Of a DNA stretch of 64,000 nucleotides, positions 37,889 to 48,488 are shown in pieces. The stretch is from contig DASZSB010000168.1 in the NCBI GenBank assembly GCA_035548835.1, positions 21,192-85,191 on the forward strand, in the 5' to 3' direction. The position numbers and the translations under genes were made by a program. The stretch is from Gammaproteobacteria bacterium (GTDB taxonomy: Bacteria > Pseudomonadota > Gammaproteobacteria > Steroidobacterales > Rariloculaceae). Numbering within the stretch: position 1 is the first letter of the stretch; every line of letters starts with the position of its first letter. The notes beneath the pieces are model-generated. The model saw nothing but the letters and a program-made list of their open reading frames with translations, searched no databases and was not told the origin of the DNA.

Positions 37889-38755
37889 ATGCTGACAAGA
37901 GCCGTAGCCTTGAGTGTGTCACTGGCCGTGGCCGGAGGGGCTTTCGCACAGGGTCAGCCGCCGCCGCCCCCCGCCCCGGCGTGCACGCGAGCGGAGCTCA
38001 AGGCCGCCACCGAGGCCTACGTCGCGGCACAGACGTCCGGCGATGCCTCGAATATGGCGTTCGCCGACAAGGCCGTCTACCGCGAGAACATGGCGGACGT
38101 CGCCAAGGGCGACGGGCTCTGGAACAAAGCGCTGCCGATTGCCCTGTCCCGCAGCTTTCTCGATCCCGTGCGCTGCAAGACCTTCACCGAGGTCATCGTG
38201 ACGCAGGGTGGTCACCCTTATGTGATCGGCACGCGGCTCTATGTCGATCAGAGGAAGATCACGCGCATCGACAGTCTCGTGACGGACAAGGGCGATTGGC
38301 TGTTCAACGCCAACGCGTACCTGAAGTACTCGAGCGCCGAGGATTGGAGCCCGCCGAAGAAGTCGGCCCGTGCGTCCGGTCAGGAGCTCATCAACGCGGC
38401 GAACAGCTACCTCGACCAGTTCTCGGACAAGTTCGTGAAGACGCCTTGGGGGCGCCCGTGCGCGCGGCTCGAGGGCGGCGCCTACACGAACCGCGACGGC
38501 AAGAAGGATGCGAGCTGCGAGGTCGGCATTCCGCCCGGCGTGCTCTACATCGTGAACCGCGACTACGTGGTCGATGAGGAACAGGGCGTGATCAACGTGT
38601 TCTGCCGCTTCGGCAACAGCAGCACGGGCATGCCCGACTCGCATACGTTCCGGCTCGTGAACGGCAAGCTCGCGAACGTGCACACGCTCAGCGTGAACCT
38701 GAATCCGAATCAACCGTCGCCGCAGGCGGACGACAACGGCGCGATCATCCGTTAG
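37889..38755 (+). CDS. Hypothetical secreted protein (family C; paralog of 7709..8686)
   Basis: ATG at 37889 follows GGAGGAG (GTG at 37883 is an alternative). Signal peptide LTRAVALSVSLAVAGGAFA. 'APACTRAELKAATEAYVAAQTSGD' N-terminal block is shared with 7709..8686. Confidence 0.7.
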   Translation: MLTRAVALSVSLAVAGGAFAQGQPPPPPAPACTRAELKAATEAYVAAQTSGDASNMAFADKAVYRENMADVAKGDGLWNKALPIALSRSFLDPVRCKTFTEVIVTQGGHPYVIGTRLYVDQRKITRIDSLVTDKGDWLFNANAYLKYSSAEDWSPPKKSARASGQELINAANSYLDQFSDKFVKTPWGRPCARLEGGAYTNRDGKKDASCEVGIPPGVLYIVNRDYVVDEEQGVINVFCRFGNSSTGMPDSHTFRLVNGKLANVHTLSVNLNPNQPSPQADDNGAIIR

Positions 38756-40519
38756 TCAGACGATCTGATACTCGGGCGTGCTCATGACGAGATGCGCCGT
38801 CATGCGCAGCGGATCCTCGAGATAGGAACGCGCTCGCTCGAGATCCTCGGTGCCGATCTCCTTCGTCAGAAACGCGACGAATGCCTCGCGGGTCGCGCTC
38901 GCGAGCGGTACGCGCAGCAGGCGCGTGGCAAGGTGGTCGACGGCGTCCGCGGCCGTCTTCGCCCCGCTGCCGAGCACGAGCGCCGTGAGGTCGAAGCGGG
39001 CCGCATCGCGCGGCGTGGGAATCAGCTTGCGGGCAGCCTGCTCCCAGCCGATGTAGCCGGAGATCCGTGTGTTGAAGCGCTCGTCACGCTCGAGCGCCAC
39101 ACGATCGAACGTGCTCATCGTCGCGGGATCGCTCACGGCCGTGGCCGCGCCGATGTCGTAGCCGTCGCGCAGCCGCTGCCCGAGCACGTCGTCCGTGCCC
39201 GCCGTGAAGTTCCAGTCGCGGAAGCCCGTCATGTCGGGGATCAGCACGTCGCGCGCCACGTTGCCGCGCGCGATCAGGAGGCCCGGCGTGATCCACGCCT
39301 TGCCGCCGGCCCAGCCGGCGACCGACGGCGGATTCAGCAGGTGCTGTCCCATGGCGATCGTCGACTGGTTGAAATCCGGCACGCCGGGAACGGTGGCCGA
39401 CCCCAGTTGCCTCATCATGGCGATCATGTGCTCGACGGGGCTCTTGATGTGTCCGCCGTAGCTCGCCGCACTGTAGAAATCCTTCGACGTGAAGATGGCC
39501 GTCAGCAGCGCCTTCACGTCGTAGTCGGCGGAGCGCAGCACGGCGCCGAGCGACTTGCGGAGCTGCGGCGAGAGCTCTTCGCGCACGAGGAATCGATAGA
39601 TCTTGCCCGCCAGGAATTCGGCGGTGACCGGTTGCTCGAAGATGATCTCGATGACGTCCGCGCCGTCGAAGTTGCCGCGGCGACCGAGGAAATCTTTCGC
39701 GCCCGCGTCGTGCTTGGCCGGGTCGACGTGAAAAGCCAGATCGTCGAAGTACCAGCCCGTGAAGGCGCGCGCGCATTCGCGCACGTCCTTCTCCGTGTAG
39801 TTGCCGACGCCCATCGTGAAGAGCTCCATGACTTCGCGCGCGAAGTTCTCATTCGGCGCGCCCTTCACGTTGTACTGCGCGTCGAGGAAGTACAGCATCG
39901 CCGGCGTCTGTGCGACCTTGAGGGTCAGGTCGCGCACGTTGCCCGTGGCGTAGCGCTCGAAGAGCTCGATCTGCTGCAGCATCTTCCGGTAGTCGCGCAC
40001 CTTGTTCTCGTGGGTCGCGAAGTGCCCGTGCCAGAAGAGCGCCATCTTCTCCTCGAGCGGATGCGTGGTCGCGACCATGCGGTTGGCCCACCAGTAGCCC
40101 AGGCGCCGCGTCTCGAGCATTGTCGCGCGCAACCAGTAGAAGAACCGGTCCGATACGGGCTGCACCGGCCGGTTGCCCGCGGGCTTCGTGCTGACGCCCA
40201 TCGACTCGCCGTGCCGCTCCGCGCGGTCCGTCGCCTCGGGCCGGCTGTCCGGAAAGCCCGTGAGCGTAGGGTCCCAGAGACCGGACTCGACGAACGGGGT
40301 CAGCTTCGGGTTCGCAACGCGCTCGTAATGCACGAGGTGCGCAACGGCGCGTTCGAGGCCGAGATCCGCGAGCCTCCGGATCTCCTCCGGCGTTCCCCCG
40401 AAGCCCGCGTGGGCGAGCAGGTGGGCCGCACGGTCGTAGCTCCACTCGCTGCGCGGCAAGGGCGAAAGGTCGTCCTGCCAAGCGGCCTGGCCGGGCGACC
40501 ATGTGTTCTTCAGAATCAT
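38756..40519 (-). CDS. DUF1800 domain protein
   Basis: 587 aa. 'HLLAHAGFGGTPEEI', 'EKMALFWHGHFAT', 'ML.FLD...N.KG.PNENFAREVMELFTMGVGNYTEKDV.E.ARAFTGW' are DUF1800 hallmark blocks. Confidence 0.85.
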   Translation of the reverse strand: MILKNTWSPGQAAWQDDLSPLPRSEWSYDRAAHLLAHAGFGGTPEEIRRLADLGLERAVAHLVHYERVANPKLTPFVESGLWDPTLTGFPDSRPEATDRAERHGESMGVSTKPAGNRPVQPVSDRFFYWLRATMLETRRLGYWWANRMVATTHPLEEKMALFWHGHFATHENKVRDYRKMLQQIELFERYATGNVRDLTLKVAQTPAMLYFLDAQYNVKGAPNENFAREVMELFTMGVGNYTEKDVRECARAFTGWYFDDLAFHVDPAKHDAGAKDFLGRRGNFDGADVIEIIFEQPVTAEFLAGKIYRFLVREELSPQLRKSLGAVLRSADYDVKALLTAIFTSKDFYSAASYGGHIKSPVEHMIAMMRQLGSATVPGVPDFNQSTIAMGQHLLNPPSVAGWAGGKAWITPGLLIARGNVARDVLIPDMTGFRDWNFTAGTDDVLGQRLRDGYDIGAATAVSDPATMSTFDRVALERDERFNTRISGYIGWEQAARKLIPTPRDAARFDLTALVLGSGAKTAADAVDHLATRLLRVPLASATREAFVAFLTKEIGTEDLERARSYLEDPLRMTAHLVMSTPEYQIV

Positions 40520-40523
40520 GGTA

Positions 40524-41774
40524 TTACGCCTTCATCATGCCAAGGCTGTCGAACTTTGCGCCGAGGACTTTCGCGGCATCCGCACCGAGCCAGTCCCCGA
40601 TCAGCGTGGCGTACACGCGCCGGAAATCGGTGGTGCTCGCTAGATTGTCGCCGAGCACGAGGTCGGAGAGGCTCGGCGGCGCGCCGTACTGGCCGCCCTT
40701 GACCGCGTTGCCGATCACGAAGTTGATCTGGGCGGTGCCGTGGTCGGTGCCGAGACTGGTGTTCTCGGGTACGCGGCGGCCGAACTCGCTGTGCACGTAC
40801 AGCACCACGTCGTCGGCGCGGCCGATGCGCTGCATCTCCTGGAAGAAGCCCTCGATCGCGTCGGCGCAGTACTGCAGTTGCCGGTCGTGCGGAGCTGCCT
40901 GATTCACGTGGGTGTCGAACAGACTGCCGCGCAGCGGCACGTAGTACAGCTGCGTCGGAAAACCCGCTTCGATCAACGCGACGACCTTGTCGAGGTCGAG
41001 CAGACGCAGGTCCGCATTGGCCTTCGCCCGATACTGTGTCCACGCGGCGCGCACCGCTTCCGAGGCCTGCGCGGCGCTGCGGGTCACCTCGAGCAGGTAG
41101 CGGTGCGATTCCGTCACGGGCGCGGTCTGCGCCGCCAGCGTATCGACGGCGGATTTCTCCTGAGCGAACACGCCGCGCTTGAATGCGGCCGGGTCGACGA
41201 ACACGAGCGGCACGTGCTTCTCGGCTTTGACGGCCAGCGTCTGGTTCTCGGCGACGTTCACGATCAGGTTCGCACGCACGCCCTGCGGATCGAGCCCGGA
41301 CGCCGTGCGGCCGATCCAGCCGAACTCGTTGCCGCTGTTGGGCGCCGCCGTGTGCCAGAACGACATGGACGTGAAGTGCGAGAACGACGGCTGGTCGTAG
41401 CCGACGCCGTGCACGATCGCGACCTTGCCGTCGTCGTACAGGTTCTTCAGCGCGCCCAGGGATTTGTGCCAGCCGAAATGCGCGTCGATCTTCAACACGT
41501 CCGCTTCGCGGATGCCGATCGTCGGCCGGTGCCTGTAGTAGAGGGGGTCGCCGTACGGCACGATCGTGTTCAGGCCGTCGTTGCCGCCGAACCACTCGAA
41601 CACCACGAGTATCCTGCCGTTCGGGCTCGCGGCGACGCTCTTGCTGGCCTGTGCCAGCGCCGGGGGCGCCGCGCCGAGCCCGCCGGCGAGGCCGAAGCCG
41701 ATGCCGCCCGCACCGAGCCGCAGCAGATCGCGGCGCGAGAGGCCGCTGTCGCCGAAGGGATCTTTCGTGGGCAT
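40524..41774 (-). CDS. DUF1501 domain protein (sulfatase/alkaline-phosphatase-like fold) with Tat signal
   Basis: ATG at 41774 follows GGGGGAG. 'LSRRDLLRLGAGGIGFGLAGGLGAAPPALA' is a Tat leader. 'GGNDGLNT.VPY', 'SHF.S...W', 'SEFGRR..EN...GTDHG' are DUF1501 blocks. Only 4 nt separate it from DUF1800. Confidence 0.85.
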   Translation of the reverse strand: MPTKDPFGDSGLSRRDLLRLGAGGIGFGLAGGLGAAPPALAQASKSVAASPNGRILVVFEWFGGNDGLNTIVPYGDPLYYRHRPTIGIREADVLKIDAHFGWHKSLGALKNLYDDGKVAIVHGVGYDQPSFSHFTSMSFWHTAAPNSGNEFGWIGRTASGLDPQGVRANLIVNVAENQTLAVKAEKHVPLVFVDPAAFKRGVFAQEKSAVDTLAAQTAPVTESHRYLLEVTRSAAQASEAVRAAWTQYRAKANADLRLLDLDKVVALIEAGFPTQLYYVPLRGSLFDTHVNQAAPHDRQLQYCADAIEGFFQEMQRIGRADDVVLYVHSEFGRRVPENTSLGTDHGTAQINFVIGNAVKGGQYGAPPSLSDLVLGDNLASTTDFRRVYATLIGDWLGADAAKVLGAKFDSLGMMKA

Positions 41775-41894
41775 GAAGGCTCCCCCTGAGTTCGCGGTCC
41801 GGGGAGGCGTGCGCGAGGCAGCGGTGCCCGGACCGCGATCCGAGTATGCCGCGATTCGCGGCAAGCCGCACGCACGTGGGCGCGTCGCGTCAGC

Positions 41895-43361
41895 TCACTT
41901 GAACGTGAAGATGTCCTCGTCCGCGGGCTTCTGCATTCCCTGCTCGTGGTACTCCTGCCAGATCTGCGCCCACGGGCGGCCGAACATGTCGGGCACCTTG
42001 TACTGGATCACGGTTCCCGGTGCGACCGGCGTTGCGCGCCCGTTCAGCGGGTAGATCGTCGGCACGCACTCGATGAACTGATACGGCTCGCCGGCTTCGA
42101 CCTCGCTCGACTTCACGAGATTGCGGACCATGCGGATCGGCTGAACCAGCGCTTCCGGATCATAGAAGATGCCTTCGTGATTCAGGCCAACGACCTTGCC
42201 CGCGGCGTCGCGAGTGGGCGTATAGATCTCGATCGTCTGCAGCTTGCTCGAGAACTCGAAGTTGCCGTGCACCTTCCAGCCCTGGATGTTCGATGTCCAC
42301 GTGATCAGCACGTCCTTGTCCCAGAAGCCGACGGTCTCGCCGTACCACTTCGGCACTTCGGCGCCGAGGTGCGGCACGCTGCCGTTCACGTCGAAAGTGC
42401 GGCCTATGTTCACATGCGTGATGAAGTTGTCCGCGTCACCGGCGAGTATCTGCACGAGCTTCGGTGTCACGATGATCGAGTGCGCCTGATTCGTCACGCC
42501 GTGGTAATGCCAGCGGCGCATGAAGCCCTCGGGCCAGCAGTATTGGGCCGGCCACTGCGGCGCGTTCGTGTGGCCGTCGTGATACATCTCCTCGACCATG
42601 CGCGTCTGGTACTCGGGCGTCAGCAGCGACAGCACGGTCGGGATCTGCGTCCAGAAGATCTCCGCGTACCAGTTCTGGCCGCGTGGCCACAGATAGCGGC
42701 CGCTGATGTCGCCCGGCACCGTCGCGTAGGTGTGCTCGGTGGGACCGCCGCGGCGGCGCGTCTCCTCGAGCAGGGCCGCGTAGTGTTCGGCCGCGGTCTT
42801 GAACGGGTAGGGGCTCACGAGCGCCTCGCGCGGCAGGCCGCGATCGCAGTAACCCCACGCGGCCGAGCGCGGGGGATCGTCGCCGACCAGCGGCTTCACG
42901 TTGCCGCGTGCGGCCCACTGGGCCTCGAGAGCACCGTTGCTGTTGCAGCGGAAGTAGCGCGGGTCGCTCCAGAGCGCCTTGTCCTTGTAGAAGTCCGTCG
43001 ACGTGAAGACGTCGACCGGCAGCGGCTTGACGCCCTTCGGCACGGCGCCGTTCCACGCGGAGCCGTGGCGGGTCTCGACGGGCTTGCCGTCGGGGCCCGG
43101 CTTCGTCGCCCGGAACGGCCCCACCATCCAGTACCGCTCGGGCAGCCCGGGGATCTCCGCGGGCGGATAGGCTTCGATGTCGGGATTCGTCGGGTTCGGG
43201 ATGGCAACCGCGAGCGGCGCCGCGCGCCCGACACTCTTGAACCCGATGTCGGCGACCGCCTGCGCGCTGGCGGCCGGATCGAGAAGTGCCGCGACCGCGA
43301 GTGCTGCAACCAACTGGCAGAGCGCGGTCACGTTGACGAGAGGCGCGACGATCTTCGGCAT
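41895..43361 (-). CDS. Secreted protein, divergent long member of family A (488 aa)
   Basis: ATG at 43361 follows AAGGAG. Signal peptide. 'CWPEGFMRRW', 'IIVTPKLVQILAGDADNFITHVNIGR', 'PHLGAEVPKWYGETVGFWDKDVLITWTSN' align with the C..RG.P / ..I.Q.. / R.I.LDGR.H / G.W.GDTLVV.T blocks of family A. Confidence 0.75.
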   Translation of the reverse strand: MPKIVAPLVNVTALCQLVAALAVAALLDPAASAQAVADIGFKSVGRAAPLAVAIPNPTNPDIEAYPPAEIPGLPERYWMVGPFRATKPGPDGKPVETRHGSAWNGAVPKGVKPLPVDVFTSTDFYKDKALWSDPRYFRCNSNGALEAQWAARGNVKPLVGDDPPRSAAWGYCDRGLPREALVSPYPFKTAAEHYAALLEETRRRGGPTEHTYATVPGDISGRYLWPRGQNWYAEIFWTQIPTVLSLLTPEYQTRMVEEMYHDGHTNAPQWPAQYCWPEGFMRRWHYHGVTNQAHSIIVTPKLVQILAGDADNFITHVNIGRTFDVNGSVPHLGAEVPKWYGETVGFWDKDVLITWTSNIQGWKVHGNFEFSSKLQTIEIYTPTRDAAGKVVGLNHEGIFYDPEALVQPIRMVRNLVKSSEVEAGEPYQFIECVPTIYPLNGRATPVAPGTVIQYKVPDMFGRPWAQIWQEYHEQGMQKPADEDIFTFK

Positions 43362-43541
43362 GGTCGGCTCCTTGGCGGTCGCGCCACTCTGCCACAAGCC
43401 CGCGCGCGGGCACAGGCGCGATGCCTTGCGCGGCGGCGCCCGCAGCGCCGTCCGCCGTGGCGTCACACCACAGCCTCTAGTACGATCCCTGCGCTGCGGG
43501 TCGGTGGCCCGCACACCCAAAGAACAAGAAGGGGGGAAGCC

Positions 43542-44027
43542 ATGCGCGCGTTGTTGCTCGTCGGTGCAGTCGCCGTTGTGTCGTCGTCCGCCATTGCCCA
43601 GCAGCCCGCCGCCGGCTCGGGCAAGACCATGGTTTCCGCTGCCGACGTGGCCGCGCTGATCGCCAAAGCGAAAGCGGAGCGCAAGGACCAGCCGATCATT
43701 GCGCAGTCGATGTTGCAGATCGCGCCGTACAACGTGAGCCTCGAGTACCGTGCCTCCGTCGGCAACGCGGCCGTGCACGAGACCGAAGCGGAGTTGTTCT
43801 ACGTCGTCGACGGCTCGGCCACGCTGGTCACGGGCGGCAAGCTGACGGCCGAGAGGCGAACGAACGCCGAGAACCTCACGGGCACGGGCATCGAAGGCGG
43901 CGAGTCGCGTCACGTGGCCAAGGGGGATTTCATCCTGGTGCCCGACCACACGCCGCACTGGTTCAGCAAGATCGACGGCACGGTCGTACTGATGTCGTTG
44001 CACCTGCCATTGCATGCGGCGCACTAG
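43542..44027 (+). CDS. Secreted cupin-domain protein
   Basis: ATG at 43542 follows AAGGGGGGAA. Signal peptide. 'VHETEAELFYVVDGSATLVTGG' and 'GDFILVPDHTPHWF' are the two cupin motifs. Confidence 0.75.
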   Translation: MRALLLVGAVAVVSSSAIAQQPAAGSGKTMVSAADVAALIAKAKAERKDQPIIAQSMLQIAPYNVSLEYRASVGNAAVHETEAELFYVVDGSATLVTGGKLTAERRTNAENLTGTGIEGGESRHVAKGDFILVPDHTPHWFSKIDGTVVLMSLHLPLHAAH

Positions 44028-44072
44028 CGTGTCGGGACGGCCGGCCGTCCGGCAGACCCGGAGGGGACGTCG

Positions 44073-45218
44073 ATGACGCCCTTGAAGATCGTGCGCGGGC
44101 TCGCGATTGCCGGCACGCTGACGCTGGTTGCGGGCTCGCCGGCGCTCGCGCACCACGGCTTCGGGCTGTTCCAGATGGAGAAGCTCGCCGACTGGTCCGG
44201 CACGCTCACGAAGTTCGAGCTCGTGAATCCGCACTCGTATCTGTACTTCGACACCGTCGGCGCCGACGGTAAACCGCTGTCGATGCGCTGCGAGATGCGT
44301 GCGGCCACGTTGATCAAGCGCTCGGGCTGGAAGACGGAGGAGTTCGTTCCGGGCCGGCACGTCGACATCCACGGCCATCCGCATCGCGACGATCCCCACT
44401 CGTGCTACCTCGAGAGCGTCACGATCGGCGGCAAGACGTCGATCGATCGCAACGATCAGTTCACGCGCGCACCGGTCGACACTTCGAAGCGGCCGCTGCG
44501 ACTGGCGTCGGGCGAGCCGAACATCTCGGGCGACTGGGCCGTGGAGCAGGCCGTGCTGACGATTCCGCCGAGCGGCGGGCGCGGGGATCTCGTGCCGCGC
44601 AGCGTCCGCGAAGCGTACGCCGCGGGCAAGATCACGCTGGCCGAGATCCGTGCGCGCAATCCGGCGCCATCGAAGCCGCAATACACGCCGGCGGGTCAGG
44701 CGGCCGCGACGGCGTTCCGCATGTGGTCGCCGGAGGACAATCCGCGACTCTCCTGCAAGCCGACGAGCATCATCTTCGACTGGACGTTCGACTGGCCGGT
44801 CAATCGCATCACGCAGACCACCGTGAACGGCGAGAAGGTCATCGACATCGATTACGGCCTGTACAGCAACACGCGGCGCATCCACTTGGGTCTGGACAAG
44901 CATCCGTCGGGACTCGTGCCGAGCAACGCGGGCCATTCGATCGGCCGCTGGGACGGCGACACGCTGGTCGTCGATACCGTGGGCTTCACGGCGGGCGTGC
45001 TCGTGCCGCCGACGAAGAGCAGCGACAAGCTGCACGTCGTCGAGCGCTTCACGTTCGATCCGAAGACGTTCTCGCTGAAGCGCGAGTACACGGTCGAGGA
45101 CCCCGTGTACCTGGCGGCGCCGTACACGGGGCAGGACACGGTGCTGCTGTCGGACACGCCGTTCGAGAAGCAGCGCTGCTCGGAGCTGACGTACGAGTTC
45201 ACGCAGCCCGGCAACTGA
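44073..45218 (+). CDS. Secreted fusion protein: DUF6152-like N-terminal domain (family B) + family A C-terminal domain (copy 1)
   Basis: Signal peptide ending ALA, then HHGFG (His codons 44151-44156). '[11 protein letters not shown]...MRCEMRAAT...GHPHRDDP' matches 51492..51935. The C-terminal '[10 protein letters not shown]...NRITQT...RRIHLG..HP...[19 protein letters not shown]...LHVVERF' matches family A. About 60% identical by eye to 53090..54208. Confidence 0.8.
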   Translation: MTPLKIVRGLAIAGTLTLVAGSPALAHHGFGLFQMEKLADWSGTLTKFELVNPHSYLYFDTVGADGKPLSMRCEMRAATLIKRSGWKTEEFVPGRHVDIHGHPHRDDPHSCYLESVTIGGKTSIDRNDQFTRAPVDTSKRPLRLASGEPNISGDWAVEQAVLTIPPSGGRGDLVPRSVREAYAAGKITLAEIRARNPAPSKPQYTPAGQAAATAFRMWSPEDNPRLSCKPTSIIFDWTFDWPVNRITQTTVNGEKVIDIDYGLYSNTRRIHLGLDKHPSGLVPSNAGHSIGRWDGDTLVVDTVGFTAGVLVPPTKSSDKLHVVERFTFDPKTFSLKREYTVEDPVYLAAPYTGQDTVLLSDTPFEKQRCSELTYEFTQPGN

Positions 45219-45294
45219 CGCTTCAGACTGCGAGCTTTGGGGGTGGGCGCCGGCACGTTCCGGCGCGAGTTCGGGGGATTCGGGGCTGTCGATC

Positions 45295-47343
45295 ATGAGC
45301 CGGTTCAGGCATTTCCTGGTGCTCGCCGTGGCGAGCGTCGTCGCGTTGCAGTGGGCAGCTTCTGCACACGCCTACACGGCCGAGCAGGCTACGGCGGGGC
45401 GCGCCGCGTTCCAGGACGCCTGCGCGATGTGCCACGGCGCCAACCTGCGCAACCTGCCGAACGCCATTCTGGCGGCACCGGAGTTCGGCGCGCGCTGGAC
45501 GGGTCGCACGACCGCCGACCTGCTCCAGCAACTGAAGGCCACGATGCCGCCCGAGGCTCCCGGCAGCCTGCCGGAGGCCAGCTACCTTGGCATCATCTCG
45601 TTCCTGCTGCAGACCAATGGCTTTGCAGCGAACACGACGCCGCTGACCGCGGCCACGTCGGCGGTCATCGGCAGCGACGCGCTCGCGCCGGCGCGCCCGG
45701 CCGCCGAGCCTGTCGGCGTGACGGTGGCCGGCACCGTTCGCGACTTCGTGCCGCTGACCGAGCAGGCGCTGCGGAATCCCTCCGCCGGCGACTGGCCCAT
45801 GCTGCGCCGCGACTATGGCGCCTCGAGCTACAGCCCGCTGAAGGACGTCACGGCCGCGAACGCGCACCGCCTTACGCTCGCGTGGATCTGGCCGATGCGC
45901 GACGGCGGCACGAACGAGCCGTCGCCGCTCGCGTACCGCGGCACGGTCTACCTCAACAACACGCAGGGCATCGTGCAGGCCATCGACGGTCGCGATGGCT
46001 CGCTGATCTGGGAGCATCACGTCAAGGACACGGTCGCGAGCCGCGGCATGGCGCTCTACGACGACAAGCTGTTCCTGCAGGCCAATGGGCACCTGATCGC
46101 GCTGAACGCGCGCAATGGCGAGACGGTGTGGGACGTGCAGATGCCCGACGGCCACGCGAGCAGCAGCGGCCCGCTCGTCGCAAGCGGGCTCGTGATCCAG
46201 GGCATGGGCGCCTGCCAGACATACGAGCCGCTGAAGTGCTTCATCAGCGCGTACGACGCGAAGACGGGCGAGCAGAAGTGGCGCTTCCAGACGATCGCGA
46301 CCAGCGATCAGCCGGGCGGCAACACGTGGGGAAACCTGCCCGACCTCTATCGCGCCGGCGGGGAGACCTGGATCACCGGCAGCTACGACCCCGATCTCGG
46401 CCTCACGTACTGGGGCACGGCCCAGGCGAAGCCCTGGATGCCCGCGAGCCGCGGCATGGGCAGCCTGGATGCCGGGCTCTACACGAGCTCCACGGTCGCG
46501 CTCGACGTGCGCACCGGCAAGCTGGCATGGCACTACCAGCACGCGCCGGGCGAGGCGCTGGACCTCGACGTGGTGTTCGAGCGCGTGCTGGCCGACGGCG
46601 GCGGCCGCAAGTGGGTGCTGACCGTGGGCAAGGACGGCGTGCTGTGGAAGCTCGACCGGCGCACGGGCGAGTATCTCGATCACGCGGAAACTCTGTTCCA
46701 GAACGTCTGGGCGAGCTTCGATCGCGAGACGGGCCAGCCGCGTTATCGCGACGACATCCTGGCGCACAAGGTGAGCGACTGGATAGATGGCTGCCCGAGT
46801 TCGGAAGGCGGCCACAACTGGCAGGCCACGAGCTTCCACAAGCCGTCGCGCACGCTGCTGATTCCGCTGTCGCAGAGCTGCATCGCGATCCGCGCGCAGG
46901 CCATCGAGCAGAAGCCCGGCGGCGGCAACGCGGGTGGTGCCGACCGGCGCTTCTATGCGATGCCGGGCACGAATGGCAACATCGGCAAGCTCGCGGCGTT
47001 CGACATCGACACCATGAAGGAGAAGTGGTCGCTGCAGCAGCGGGCCGCGATCCTGACGGCCGCGTTGTCGACGGCCGGCGGCCTCGTGTTCATCGGCGAT
47101 CTCGATCGCAGCTTCAAGGCCATCGACGTGCGCGACGGCAAGGTGGTCTGGCAGACGCGGCTCGCGACCTCGGTACAGGGCTTTCCGATCTCGTTCGAGG
47201 CGGGCGGCAAGCAGTACATCGCGGTGACGACGGGTTTGGGCGGCGGCAGTCCGCGGCTCGTGCCGAATCTGCTGTCGCCGGAAGTTCAGCCGCCGGGGCG
47301 CGGCCAGGCCCTGTACGTGTTTGCGTTGCCGGACGAGCGTTGA
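45295..47343 (+). CDS. Periplasmic quinohaemoprotein-type dehydrogenase: N-terminal cytochrome c domain + PQQ beta-propeller (copy 2)
   Basis: Signal peptide [31 protein letters not shown] at 45421-45435. It carries the same PQQ-propeller blocks as copy 1, and '[10 protein letters not shown]' at 46561-46569 encodes D-L-D. Confidence 0.9.
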   Translation: MSRFRHFLVLAVASVVALQWAASAHAYTAEQATAGRAAFQDACAMCHGANLRNLPNAILAAPEFGARWTGRTTADLLQQLKATMPPEAPGSLPEASYLGIISFLLQTNGFAANTTPLTAATSAVIGSDALAPARPAAEPVGVTVAGTVRDFVPLTEQALRNPSAGDWPMLRRDYGASSYSPLKDVTAANAHRLTLAWIWPMRDGGTNEPSPLAYRGTVYLNNTQGIVQAIDGRDGSLIWEHHVKDTVASRGMALYDDKLFLQANGHLIALNARNGETVWDVQMPDGHASSSGPLVASGLVIQGMGACQTYEPLKCFISAYDAKTGEQKWRFQTIATSDQPGGNTWGNLPDLYRAGGETWITGSYDPDLGLTYWGTAQAKPWMPASRGMGSLDAGLYTSSTVALDVRTGKLAWHYQHAPGEALDLDVVFERVLADGGGRKWVLTVGKDGVLWKLDRRTGEYLDHAETLFQNVWASFDRETGQPRYRDDILAHKVSDWIDGCPSSEGGHNWQATSFHKPSRTLLIPLSQSCIAIRAQAIEQKPGGGNAGGADRRFYAMPGTNGNIGKLAAFDIDTMKEKWSLQQRAAILTAALSTAGGLVFIGDLDRSFKAIDVRDGKVVWQTRLATSVQGFPISFEAGGKQYIAVTTGLGGGSPRLVPNLLSPEVQPPGRGQALYVFALPDER

Positions 47344-47368
47344 TTCCGATTCTCTTCGAGGGACCCTC

Positions 47369-48394
47369 ATGAAGCGCCTAGCATCGATTCTGCTGTTCGG
47401 ATTCCTGACGACCGCTGCGCACGCGCAGCAAGCGCCCGCACCGACGGGCCTCGTCGTCGGTAGCGGCAACTTCTTCAGCCCGATCGTGCGCGATCTCGAC
47501 AAGGCCGTGGCGTTCTACCGCGACGGGCTCGGGCTCGAGACGCAGGGCGAGCCAGGCAACGCCGACAAGAACGAGAACCTGCGCAGGATGTTCGGCCTTC
47601 CCGAGGCGAAGATCCGCTGGATGATCGCGCGCCCCGCCGGCATGCGCAGCGGGGTCGAGATCGTCGAGATCTCCGGTGTGGGCGGCAAGCCGCTCGTCCG
47701 GCGGCCGCAGGATTCCGGCGCGTACACGTTGATCGCGTTCGTGCGCGACATGGACGGGACGCTCGCGCGCCTCAAGGCGCAGGGTACGCGGATCGTGTCC
47801 GCGAGCGGCGCGCCCGTGTCGCTGCCGCTCGGTGCGGGACAGAACGGCCGCATGATCACGGTGGCCGACCCCGACGGCCACTTCGTCGAGATCGTGCAGC
47901 CGGACAAAGTGCCGGAGACGGCGGGGGCCTCGAACGTCTACGACGTGCGCGTGCGGCTCGCGGTGCAGGACGTCGAGAAGGCGGCGCACCTGTATCACGA
48001 CGAGCTCGGCCTCGAGCTCGTGAACCAGTCGACGTTCACGGACAACCCGACGGTCGCGGGCGCGCTCGGCGTCCCCGGCGCCCAGTTCCGCTTCGCGATG
48101 CTGAAGGTACCGACCACGGGCCTCGTGTTCGAGGTCATCGACTACAAGGGCATCGACCGCAAGGTCGTGCGCGGTGACCTCAAGGATCCCGGCTCGACGC
48201 GCATCCAGATGCAGGTGCGCGACATCGACGCGGCCGTGGCCGCGCTCACGAAGGCGGGCGGCGCTTTCGTGTCGACCGGTGGCAAGCCGCTCGAGCTGCC
48301 CGCGGGCAACAACGTGCTGAAGGTCGGCATCGTGCGCGAGCCGGACAACCTGTTCGTCGTGCTCATCCAGTCGCCGCCGCCGGCCGCGAAGTGA
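47369..48394 (+). CDS. Secreted two-domain VOC family protein (copy 2)
   Basis: ATG at 47369, 25 nt after the PQQ gene. Signal peptide MKRLASILLFGFLTTAAHA. 'VRDLDKAVAFYRDGLGLE', 'DPDGHFVEIVQ', second domain 'VQDVEKAAHLYHDELGLE', 'EPDNLFVVLIQ'. Confidence 0.8.
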   Translation: MKRLASILLFGFLTTAAHAQQAPAPTGLVVGSGNFFSPIVRDLDKAVAFYRDGLGLETQGEPGNADKNENLRRMFGLPEAKIRWMIARPAGMRSGVEIVEISGVGGKPLVRRPQDSGAYTLIAFVRDMDGTLARLKAQGTRIVSASGAPVSLPLGAGQNGRMITVADPDGHFVEIVQPDKVPETAGASNVYDVRVRLAVQDVEKAAHLYHDELGLELVNQSTFTDNPTVAGALGVPGAQFRFAMLKVPTTGLVFEVIDYKGIDRKVVRGDLKDPGSTRIQMQVRDIDAAVAALTKAGGAFVSTGGKPLELPAGNNVLKVGIVREPDNLFVVLIQSPPPAAK

Positions 48395-48488
48395 CACTCA
48401 GGTAACACGCGTGGCGCGTTTGACCCGGCCTCACGGCTTCGCTAGGGTCGGGCGCCACGTTCCTCTCGAACCCACAAGGAGAATCGGA

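Noticed and set aside
45219-45294. Hairpin GCGCCGG-CACGTT-CCGGCGC between the B-A fusion gene and the PQQ gene, as a terminator.
   Set aside because: It has a short 7-bp stem with no following T tract, and it sits within an otherwise tightly spaced co-directional run. It is more likely incidental GC-rich secondary structure.
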